Shown: in pieces, positions 42,151 to 50,107 of the stretch
How the letters are laid out: each line of letters starts with the position of its first letter
How positions within the stretch are numbered: position 1 is the stretch's first letter
Assembly (NCBI GenBank): GCA_945947575.1
Contig: CAMEYM010000001.1
Location: 94,582 to 158,581 of the forward strand
Reading direction: 5' to 3'
Source: Rhizobium sp. Q54
Lineage (GTDB): Bacteria; Pseudomonadota; Alphaproteobacteria; UBA2966; CAIVPW01
Length of the DNA: 64,000 nt
Translations under genes and position numbers: made by a program
Notes under the pieces: model-generated
The model's database searches: none
Told to the model about the DNA's origin: nothing
The model's input: the letters and a program-made list of their open reading frames with translations, nothing else

Positions 42151-43381
42151 GTTCGGTCTTGCTCACAACAGAGGTAGCAGCAGAAGGAAGCACCGAGTCG
42201 TACGCGGCGAGCAGCTGACGCGCCGCTGCTTCCCAGCGGAACTCGGCCTTGGCGCGTGCGGCGCCGTTCGCCGCCATGGCGGCGCGGCGCAACGGGTCGT
42301 CGATCAGCGAGAGCAGGGTGTCACCCATCGAGGCGCCGGTAGCCTCAGGCGCGATATCGCAGGCGCCGCCCGCCTCGCGGCGGCCCTCGGTAACGTTGAA
42401 CTGCACGAACGGGATGCCCAGGCTCATGTACTCGAACACTTTGTTCATCGAGATCTTGTCGTTGTAGACGTTGGGCGGGTCGGGGATCGCGCCGACGTCG
42501 ATGGTCGACAGGTACTTGAGCAGCGTCGGGCCGGTCAGGAATCCGGTGAACTCGATGTAGTCGGCGACATTCTTTTCCTGCGCGCGCGCCTTCAGCGCCT
42601 CGAGCTCGGGTCCGTTGCCGATGATGGCGCAGCCGACGTCGCGGCGGCCTTGGGTGTGGACGATGTGCGCCATCGCATCGACGAGCAGATCGACGCCGTC
42701 CTGGTTGCCCATGATGCCGACGTAGCCCACCAGATGCTGGCGTCCGCGCTTCAGCGCGGGGTCCGCCTCGACGCGATAGAAGCGATTCAGGTCGGGGTAG
42801 CTCTTCACGACCCATACGCGCTCGGCCCACATGCCGCCGCGCGCCACCGCGATGCGGCGGAACGAGTCGTTGGTAGCGATCGACGCGTCGGCGGTGCGGA
42901 ACGTCAGGCGCTCCAGCCACAGGAGCACCTTGTGCACGAAGCCGCGCTTGCCGAACTTCGCCTCATACAGCTCCGGCGAGATGTCGTGGTGATCGAACAC
43001 GAAGCGCTTGCCGAGCAGGAACTTGTAGAAGCCGCCGATCAGGAAGATCAGGTCGGGCGGGTTACACGCGTGCACCACGTCGAAGCCGTGCTTGTAGAGA
43101 ACCTTGAGCGAGAGCACGAACTCCCAGAACAGCGCCGTGCCGTACTCGAGGGCGAAGCCGGCCAGCCCCGACGCCTGGATCGGCAGCGGGTGGCGGTAGA
43201 CGTGAATGCCTTCGATGCACGCATACGACTTTGTGTAGTTGGCGTTCTTCGGGCAGATGACGCTGACGGTCCACCCCGCTTGGCGAAGCGTACGGGCCTC
43301 CTGCCAGACGCGCCGGTCGAACGGCACGGGAAGATTCTCGACGATGATGAGGACGCGGTGCGGAGAGTTGCGATTGGTCAT
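42137..43381 (-). CDS. Glycosyltransferase family 4 (exopolysaccharide-type)
   Basis: 414 aa. N-terminal RVLIIVENLPVPFDRRVWQEARTL and C-terminal EX7E-like motif. Confidence 0.8.
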   Translation of the reverse strand: MTNRNSPHRVLIIVENLPVPFDRRVWQEARTLRQAGWTVSVICPKNANYTKSYACIEGIHVYRHPLPIQASGLAGFALEYGTALFWEFVLSLKVLYKHGFDVVHACNPPDLIFLIGGFYKFLLGKRFVFDHHDISPELYEAKFGKRGFVHKVLLWLERLTFRTADASIATNDSFRRIAVARGGMWAERVWVVKSYPDLNRFYRVEADPALKRGRQHLVGYVGIMGNQDGVDLLVDAMAHIVHTQGRRDVGCAIIGNGPELEALKARAQEKNVADYIEFTGFLTGPTLLKYLSTIDVGAIPDPPNVYNDKISMNKVFEYMSLGIPFVQFNVTEGRREAGGACDIAPEATGASMGDTLLSLIDDPLRRAAMAANGAARAKAEFRWEAAARQLLAAYDSVLPSAATSVVSKTEHATT

Positions 43382-43942
43382 GCGTTGCTCATGGCGTGCC
43401 GCGGCGTGCGCGGTCCTGTCCGGGAGGGAGGCTTGGGGAGGTCACGAGTAGAACGACGGCCGTCATGCGGGACGTATACCGTCCCTGCTTTCTTGTTTGT
43501 TGGGAGACGCCATCCTAGGGAACCGTCTGCTGTGCCGTAGCGCGCAGATGGCCCACAGCGGCACCCAAGTGGGGTACTTCGTTGGCGGCCGCTCTCATGC
43601 GCGCAATGTCACGGGCATGTCACAGCTGCGCCGACGCCATCACGGGCCAAGATTGCGTCAACACGATGTGCACTGATGCTTACGCCGCGCTGACGGGTAG
43701 CCCGTCACAAAAAAGCCGCCCTGACTCAACAGAGTCGCGGTGCGGTGAAGGCCAGGTCAGACGCGCCGCCGTGGAAGTTGGGCCGCCACCCACTGTCGAA
43801 ATCCGGCGGCCCGTCAGTGGCGCACCCTGGTTACCACCCGCATCTTGGCTATCGTCATAGGGTGATACCCCGATGGGCGCGTCTATTGCGCGCTCGTACG
43901 TTTCAAGGGCTGCGCATGGTTCAAAAGGAAGAGTCTTTGAAG

Positions 43943-44713
43943 ATGTCTGGTGCTCGCAACGGTGGCCGGAAAAGCGTGGTCACTTCACAGGAGTCGTCGG
44001 AAAACACACCGCGCTCCAGCCGCAGAGAAAAACCGATCCCCAAGTCGTTGACGATCTTGGTGGTCGATGACCATGCGCTCGTGCGTGAGGCCTTCCGCAT
44101 GTTGCTGGAAGACCTCGACGTGTGCCGCGAGGTCATCACAGCTTCAAGCGGCGCCGAGGCACTGGCAGTGCTCGACAAGCGGCCGATCGATCTGACCCTG
44201 CTTGACCTCAAGCTGCGCGGCGAAAGCGGCCTTGAGACTCTTGCCAAGATCAAGCAGCGCACCATCGAGATGCCCGTGATTGTGTTGTCGGCTTCTGAGT
44301 CCGCTGCCGACGTAAGAGAGGCGCTCACCGCCGGAGCGGACGGCTACGTCGTCAAGTCTTCCTCGGCCGAGGTGCTGATCCACTCGATCAACCTGGTCAT
44401 GACCGGCCAGCGCGTGGCACCGCTGCCGCTCGACATCATGAACGAGCCGTCCTCGCAGCCGAGTCCGGCAGCTTCGGCCTTGCGCCACCACCCCAAGCTG
44501 ACGGCGCAAGAATCGCGCGTCCTCAGCTACTTGGGCGAGGGCATGTCCAACAAAGAGATCGCCCGTACGCTTGGCATCTTCGAGGGCACCGTGAAGGTCC
44601 ACGTCAAGTCGGTGTTCCGCAAGCTCGGCGCCAAGAACCGCACCATGGCGGCCCTCATGGCGACCCAGGAGATCCGCAACCAGACTCCGAGCCAGGAACA
44701 GTCGTCCTCCTGA
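43943..44713 (+). CDS. Two-component response regulator, NarL/FixJ (LuxR-HTH) family
   Basis: REC domain (ILVVDDHALVRE ... D-L-L-D-L-K-L) plus C-terminal LuxR HTH (LTAQESRVLSYLGEGMSNKEIARTLGIFEGTVKVHVKSVFRKLG). Confidence 0.8.
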   Translation: MSGARNGGRKSVVTSQESSENTPRSSRREKPIPKSLTILVVDDHALVREAFRMLLEDLDVCREVITASSGAEALAVLDKRPIDLTLLDLKLRGESGLETLAKIKQRTIEMPVIVLSASESAADVREALTAGADGYVVKSSSAEVLIHSINLVMTGQRVAPLPLDIMNEPSSQPSPAASALRHHPKLTAQESRVLSYLGEGMSNKEIARTLGIFEGTVKVHVKSVFRKLGAKNRTMAALMATQEIRNQTPSQEQSSS

Positions 44714-44927
44714 CGCGCGGCGCGGGAGCGCGCCTCTTGCCCGCTCCCGCCGCACGTCCATTTGTCAGGTCTTCGCCATCCCGGGCTCCGGTGATGGCCC
44801 GATGGCGCCCGTCGCGCCACTGGGAGAGTTTGCTTCGTCGGCTCTGCGTGCCGCAACGCACGCGGTCGGCCGTCGCTTTTTTTGTGTTCCGGCGCTTGTC
44901 GGAACGCCCACCAGAAGGACACACAAG

Positions 44928-45149
44928 ATGCGGAACGCACTCAAGGTCGGCTTGGTCTTGGCAATGATGAATGGACTGGTCGGCTGCAGCAACATGAACC
45001 GCCAGGAGCAGTCGGCCGTCAGCACCGGCGCCGGTGGTGCTGCAGTCGGCGCTCTCGCCGGATTGGTGTTCGGCCCGACCATTCTCCTCGGCGCCCTAAT
45101 CGGTGGCGCCGCCGGCGCGGCCTACGGCGCCATGCGCGAAAACGACTAG
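44928..45149 (+). CDS. Small glycine-zipper lipoprotein (OsmB/Pcp-like)
   Basis: 73 aa. Lipobox LVGC, then GAGGAAVGALAGLVFGPTILLGALIGGAAGAAYGA. Confidence 0.55.
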   Translation: MRNALKVGLVLAMMNGLVGCSNMNRQEQSAVSTGAGGAAVGALAGLVFGPTILLGALIGGAAGAAYGAMREND

Positions 45150-45373
45150 TGACGCCTCCATCCAAACGCCTGGGAGCCAGCGGCCCGCCACGCGAACGCG
45201 TGCGGTGCGGCCGCTGCACCCTCGAGTTCAGGGTCGGCACGCCTGAGGCAGACCCGGTCTGGATCAACTGCCCCGACTGCGGCGTCCGCTTCTGGCACGC
45301 CAGCGGCGCGGCCGCCGACGCGGCCACCATCACCGACATCCACGAGGGGCGCGCCCACTGGGCGCAGCCCTGA
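45149..45373 (+). CDS. Putative zinc-ribbon protein (CxxC ... CxxC), GTG start overlapping the preceding stop
   Basis: VTPPSKRLGASGPPRERVRCGRCTLEFRVGTPEADPVWINCPDCGVRFWH... Start and coding status uncertain. Confidence 0.35.
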   Translation: MTPPSKRLGASGPPRERVRCGRCTLEFRVGTPEADPVWINCPDCGVRFWHASGAAADAATITDIHEGRAHWAQP

Positions 45374-45543
45374 CCCAACCTGCCACCCCTGCCGTTCCGG
45401 GCCGCCCAGCTGCGGCAGCAACGACAGGCTGCGGGCCGCTTTCGGCTCGCGCTAGAATTGTGCCCGGGGGGCTGGCGTGGGCGCAGCAGGTCCCCATATG
45501 TAACGAACGCGTTACACCCGGCCGCCCGCGGCGCCTGCGAGTC

Positions 45544-46305
45544 ATGACCACCGACCCAGCCATCCGGATCGACGTCGCGCCGGAGGCGCGTGAGAGCGCC
45601 GGGGCGCGCGTCCCGCACGACGTACGTGTGCCCGCCACCGAGCGCGGCACCGCCCTTTCGCGTGCCCTCGGCACCGCGTTCGCCTGGTTCCTGCGCCTGC
45701 GCCATGGCACCTGGCGGAAGGACACGGGCGAGCTCGCCAAGATCGACGCCTTGCTCGCCTCCGGTGAGCGGGTCATGGCGGTGTTCTGGCACGGCAACTA
45801 CGTGCCGCTGTTCTCGCTGCTCAGCGGCCGGCGCGCCTGCGTGTTCGCCAGCGACTCCTTTCGTGGCCGCGTCATCGCCGAAATTTGCCGCCGCTTCGGC
45901 TACGAGACCGTTTTGCTGCCGGATCGCGGCGGCCGCCGCGCGCGTGACCTGATGCGCGCCGGCCTCGCGCCCTATCAGGCCGGCGCCGTTGCGGTCGATG
46001 GTCCGCAGGGGCCGTTCCATGCCGTCAAGGCGGGCGCCATCGAATTCGCCTCCTCGCTCGGCTTCGTCCTGGTGCCGGTGTCCGTCTCCGCCGACCGCAC
46101 GCACGTCAACGCTGATCGCTGGGATCTGATGGAGACGCCGAAGCTGTTCAGCCGCGTCTATCTCGCCGTCGGCGAGCCGATCCGCTTTCCGCCCGACCTG
46201 GACGAGGAGGGCCTTGCGGCCGGCCGCGCCGAGGTTGGCGCCGCGCTCGAGGCGGTTACGCTGCGCGCCCAGGCTGCCGCGCGCGCCTTCGCAAGCCAGG
46301 CGTAG
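45544..46305 (+). CDS. Lysophospholipid acyltransferase-like DUF374 family protein
   Basis: 253 aa from MTTDPAIRID. Conserved VFWHGNYVPLFSL region. Immediately upstream of a GT4 gene, with 2 bp between them. Confidence 0.7.
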   Translation: MTTDPAIRIDVAPEARESAGARVPHDVRVPATERGTALSRALGTAFAWFLRLRHGTWRKDTGELAKIDALLASGERVMAVFWHGNYVPLFSLLSGRRACVFASDSFRGRVIAEICRRFGYETVLLPDRGGRRARDLMRAGLAPYQAGAVAVDGPQGPFHAVKAGAIEFASSLGFVLVPVSVSADRTHVNADRWDLMETPKLFSRVYLAVGEPIRFPPDLDEEGLAAGRAEVGAALEAVTLRAQAAARAFASQA

Positions 46306-46307
46306 CC

Positions 46308-47588
46308 ATGCGCATCCTGATGGTCACCAACACGTTCGCGCCTCACGTCGGCGGCGTGGCGCGTTCGGTGACCGCGTTCACCGACGAGTACCGCCGCCGC
46401 GGTCATCGCGTGGTGGTGGTGGCGCCGGAGTTTCCGGGCACGCCCGACGACGAAGAAGACGTGATCCGCATCAAGGCGTTCCAGAACTTCAACGGCAGCG
46501 ACTTTTCGGTAGTGCTCAAGCCGCCGCTGCACCTCGCCCGCGCCGTCGACGCGTTCCGGCCGGACATCATCCACTCGCATCATCCGTTCCTGCTCGGTTC
46601 GACGGCACTGCGCCTGGCGCGCAGCCGGCGCATCGCGCTGGTCTTCACCCACCACACGCTGTACGAGCGCTACACCCACTACGTGCCGGGCGATTCGTCG
46701 GCGCTCAAGCGCTTCGTCGTCCGCCTATCGACGAACTATGCCAACCTGTGCGCCCGCGTCTTCGCGCCCTCCCACTCCACCGCCCGCACGTTGCGCGAGC
46801 GTGATGTGCAGGCGCCGATGAGCGTCGTGCCGACCGGCGTGCGCATGGCCGATTTTGCTTCCGGCCACGGTGCCGGCATGCGCGCCGCTCTCGGCATCCC
46901 GGAAGATGCCCTGGTGGTCGGCTACCTCGGCCGCCTCGCCGAAGAGAAGAACCTGCGTTTCCTCGCCGATTCGATGGGGCGCTTCCTCCTGCAAACACCG
47001 GCTGCCTACGCCATGGTGGTGGGCGAAGGGCCGTTGCGCGAAGGCATGCAGGCGATCTTCGCCGCGGCCGGTGTCGCCGATCGCGTCCGCTTCACCGGCG
47101 CACTGCAGTCGATGCTGCTCGCCAGCGCCTACAAGGCGATGGATGTATTCGCCTTCGCCTCGACCAGCGAAACCCAAGGTCTCGTCCTTGCCGAGGCGAT
47201 GGCCGCCGGCATCCCGGTCGTGGCGTTGGATGCCCCCGGCGCGCGCGAGATCATCCAGGACCGCGTCAACGGCCGCCTGCTCGCCGGCGCCGGCGTCGAG
47301 GACTTCTGCGCCGGCATCGCTTCGGTCACTTCGCTGCCGGCCTCGGCCCGCCGCCAGCTGGCAGTCAACGCCCACCTGACCGCGTCGCAGCTTTCCCTCG
47401 AGCGCTGCGCCGAGCGCGCCCTGACCGCCTACGAATCGATGGTGGCGCAGCCGACGCGCCCAGCGGTCGAGGTCGATGAGGCGTGGTACCGCACCGTCCG
47501 CCTGCTCAGCGCCGAATGGGAGTTGCTATCCGCGACCATGGGCGCGGCCTCGCGCGCCCTGCAGCGCGGCGTCGAAATCTCCAAGTAG
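46308..47588 (+). CDS. Glycosyltransferase family 4
   Basis: 426 aa. MRILMVTNTFAPHVGGVARSV N-terminus and C-terminal EX7E motif (ETQGLVLAEAMAAGIPVV). Confidence 0.85.
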   Translation: MRILMVTNTFAPHVGGVARSVTAFTDEYRRRGHRVVVVAPEFPGTPDDEEDVIRIKAFQNFNGSDFSVVLKPPLHLARAVDAFRPDIIHSHHPFLLGSTALRLARSRRIALVFTHHTLYERYTHYVPGDSSALKRFVVRLSTNYANLCARVFAPSHSTARTLRERDVQAPMSVVPTGVRMADFASGHGAGMRAALGIPEDALVVGYLGRLAEEKNLRFLADSMGRFLLQTPAAYAMVVGEGPLREGMQAIFAAAGVADRVRFTGALQSMLLASAYKAMDVFAFASTSETQGLVLAEAMAAGIPVVALDAPGAREIIQDRVNGRLLAGAGVEDFCAGIASVTSLPASARRQLAVNAHLTASQLSLERCAERALTAYESMVAQPTRPAVEVDEAWYRTVRLLSAEWELLSATMGAASRALQRGVEISK

Positions 47589-47674
47589 CGGCTGCTACTT
47601 AGATCGCGTTGTGGCCGCCCCACGAGGGGTTGCCCCGGCCATCCACGCGCAGTTTCAGTCCCGTGCAGCGAAGA

Positions 47675-48094
47675 CTAGTCCCGTGGATGGGCGCCTCTGC
47701 TTCGGCGCGCCGACGCCGGCTTGCTCGCCAGCACCGGCGTCAGGCGCTCGAAGGTCATGCGCCGTCCGTGCGCATCGACCTGGCTCCAGCCGTAGCGGAC
47801 CTTGAGGTCATCCAGCTCCGGCCAGGATTCGTCGCGCGTCGGCCAGCTCGCCCACTGGTCCTCGGTCGCATCGACGATCAGGATACGCGCCGCGCTGTCA
47901 CTGCCCAACGCCGCGCGCAGATCCGACAGCACCCGGTTGATGCCCGCGCTCGTGCGCGCAAACCACGTGCCGGGCGCCAGCGTCACCGTCTCGTACGTCT
48001 TCAGCGCGCCTCCGACGCGCGCAGCGTCGCGCGGCAGATCGCGACTGAAGCAGTGCACGAACAAGTTGCGCTTCGCGGTTTCACGCCAATTCAT
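47675..48094 (-). CDS. Hypothetical protein
   Basis: 139-aa ORF with coding-like GC3 bias and no recognisable motif. Confidence 0.4.
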   Translation of the reverse strand: MNWRETAKRNLFVHCFSRDLPRDAARVGGALKTYETVTLAPGTWFARTSAGINRVLSDLRAALGSDSAARILIVDATEDQWASWPTRDESWPELDDLKVRYGWSQVDAHGRRMTFERLTPVLASKPASARRSRGAHPRD

Positions 48095-48112
48095 GAGGTG
48101 CTCGCAATCCGG

Positions 48113-49705
48113 TTACGGGGTTCCTAGGGCAACCTGCGCCGGCTCTGCCTCGATCGGCTCTTCGACCCGCGTCTCGGCGGGGATGTTAGTGAGGCCGCGG
48201 TAGAGCTCGATATAGCTCGTGCCCGAGCGCGCCCAGCCGAACTCGCGCGCCATGGCGCGGCTCTGCATGCGCCGCCAGGTGATCGACTGCCGCCACATGC
48301 CCAGCGCCCGCGCGACGCACGCGATCATCGCCTCGGCGCTCGCTTCGGTGAACGCGAATCCGCACGCCGTGCCGTTCTCGATGTTGGCCGCGTTGGCGTC
48401 CACCACCGTGTCGGCGAGGCCGCCGACCGCCCGCACAACGGGCAGCGCGCCGTAACGCATCGCATACATCTGCACGAGGCCGCACGGCTCGAACCGCGCT
48501 GGCGCCAGCACGATGTCGGCGCCAGCATGGACGCGGTGTGCCGCGCCCTCGTCGTGTCCGATGCGCACGGCGATCCGGCCCGGCCATTCGCGCTGCAGCG
48601 CCGCGAGTTCCGCCTCGGTGGCGCGATCGCCTTCGCCGAGCACCGCGAGCTGCGCGCCTGCCGCCATCAGCGTCGGCACCAGCTTGGGGATGCAATCCAC
48701 CATCTTCTGCCCGGTGAAGCGGCTCGCGAACGCGACCAGCGGCGCTTCCGGATTGGGCTTCAGCCCAAGCTCGCGCTGCAGGGCCGCCTTGCACATGTGC
48801 TTTCCGGACAGGTCGCGCGCCGTGAACGTGCGCGGCAGGTACGGATCGGTCTGTGGATTCCACAGGCCGTCGTCGATGCCGTTGAGGATGCCGGAGAGAT
48901 CGCTTTGGCGCGCCTGGAGCAGACCTTCCAGTCCGAAACCGCACTCCGGCGTCAGGATCTCGCGCGCGTAGGTCGGGCTCACCGTCGTGAGACGGTCGCA
49001 GTAGCGCAGCCCCGCCTTCAGGAACGAGACCTTGCCGAAATATTCGATGCCGTCGGCTTCATAGGCGCTGGGAGGGAGGTCGAGCTCCGCGGTCGCCTCG
49101 CGCGGGAAGATGCCCTGGAACGCCATGTTGTGGATGGTGAATAGCGTCGCCGGCTTCGGCCCTTGCGCGTGGGCGAGGTACAGCGCGGCGAGACCCGTCT
49201 GCCAGTCGTTCAGGTGCACGACGTCCGGCAACCAATTGGCCGCCATCGCCGCCACCGCGCGGCAGAACGTGCCGAAGCGCAGCGCGTTGTCCGGCCAGTC
49301 GCAGCCCTGCTCGTCCTGATAGAGGCCGCCCTTACGGTCGAACAGCGCCGGGCAGTCGAACAGCCAAACCGGCAGTCCGGTGTCGGGCGTCCATCCCGCG
49401 ACGATGCGCGCGTCGCCGAGATGGCTGAATTCGCGCAGCTCGTAGACGACGCGCTTGTTGACGGCCGTGTCGAGCGCGCACGGATAGCCCGGCATCAGCA
49501 GCAGCGGCTCAATGCCCTGGCCGGCAAGTGCGCCGGGCAGCGACGCGCTCACGTCGGCAAGGCCGCCGGTCTTTGCCAACGGAAAGATCTCCGACGACAC
49601 GAAGAGAACGCGCAGGCGTCCGCGGCGACCGCGGTCTTGCGGCTGCTCCGCCGACCGTCTGGCCCGATTCCGACTGCCGATGTCGATCGCCCAGTGTTCG
49701 GTCAT
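48113..49705 (-). CDS. glgA: Glycogen synthase (ADP-glucose type). The true start is probably the GTG near 49609.
   Basis: Core RVLFVSSEIFPLAKTGGLADV ... collinear with GlgA. The first about 32 residues of the annotated ORF are Arg-rich and probably untranslated. Confidence 0.9.
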   Translation of the reverse strand: MTEHWAIDIGSRNRARRSAEQPQDRGRRGRLRVLFVSSEIFPLAKTGGLADVSASLPGALAGQGIEPLLLMPGYPCALDTAVNKRVVYELREFSHLGDARIVAGWTPDTGLPVWLFDCPALFDRKGGLYQDEQGCDWPDNALRFGTFCRAVAAMAANWLPDVVHLNDWQTGLAALYLAHAQGPKPATLFTIHNMAFQGIFPREATAELDLPPSAYEADGIEYFGKVSFLKAGLRYCDRLTTVSPTYAREILTPECGFGLEGLLQARQSDLSGILNGIDDGLWNPQTDPYLPRTFTARDLSGKHMCKAALQRELGLKPNPEAPLVAFASRFTGQKMVDCIPKLVPTLMAAGAQLAVLGEGDRATEAELAALQREWPGRIAVRIGHDEGAAHRVHAGADIVLAPARFEPCGLVQMYAMRYGALPVVRAVGGLADTVVDANAANIENGTACGFAFTEASAEAMIACVARALGMWRQSITWRRMQSRAMAREFGWARSGTSYIELYRGLTNIPAETRVEEPIEAEPAQVALGTP

Positions 49706-50000
49706 GGCGTCCTCCCAACTCCCGAGTAGCCGATGGCCAAAACCTTAGAGGGGGCGTGCCGAGTGCCACCATACGGTGAAGTCCGTACTGCCCCCTCGGC
49801 GTATCGCGTAGGCGCCACGATCGCGCCCAAAGGCCTACCCCTCGCTGTATCCCCTTGGCGCACAACGCATTCGCAAATGCATGCCGCGGCGCAACAGTGT
49901 GGCGGCGAATCGCACACACGTTGCACAGCGCCTGGGAAGTAGATGGCGCCGCAGGCGCACTGGGCAATTCTGCCCGGCGAGGTAGGCCCGCGCCGTGCGC

Positions 50001-50018
50001 GTGTCACGAAGCGTTCAT
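50001..50018 (+). promoter_or_regulatory. Putative Pho box (gTGTCAC-gaag-CGTTCAT) about 90 bp upstream of phoX
   Basis: Two 7-bp direct repeats 4 bp apart, resembling the PhoB-binding consensus CTGTCAT-N4-CTGTCAT. Imperfect. Confidence 0.3.
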
Positions 50019-50107
50019 CGCGCCGTAACACAACCGCCATGCCGCCTCCGTATCCGTCAGCGGGGGCGCCGCATGGCGTCCAATGATCTCCGCATCACGA
50101 GGTTTCC

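Noticed and set aside
48113-49705. The N-terminal 32 residues of the annotated glgA ORF (MTEHWAIDIGSRNRARRSAEQPQDRGRRGRL)
   Set aside because: This is probably an upstream frame extension. The conserved GlgA N-terminus begins at RVLFVSSEIFPLAKTGG, so a GTG near 49609 is the more likely start.
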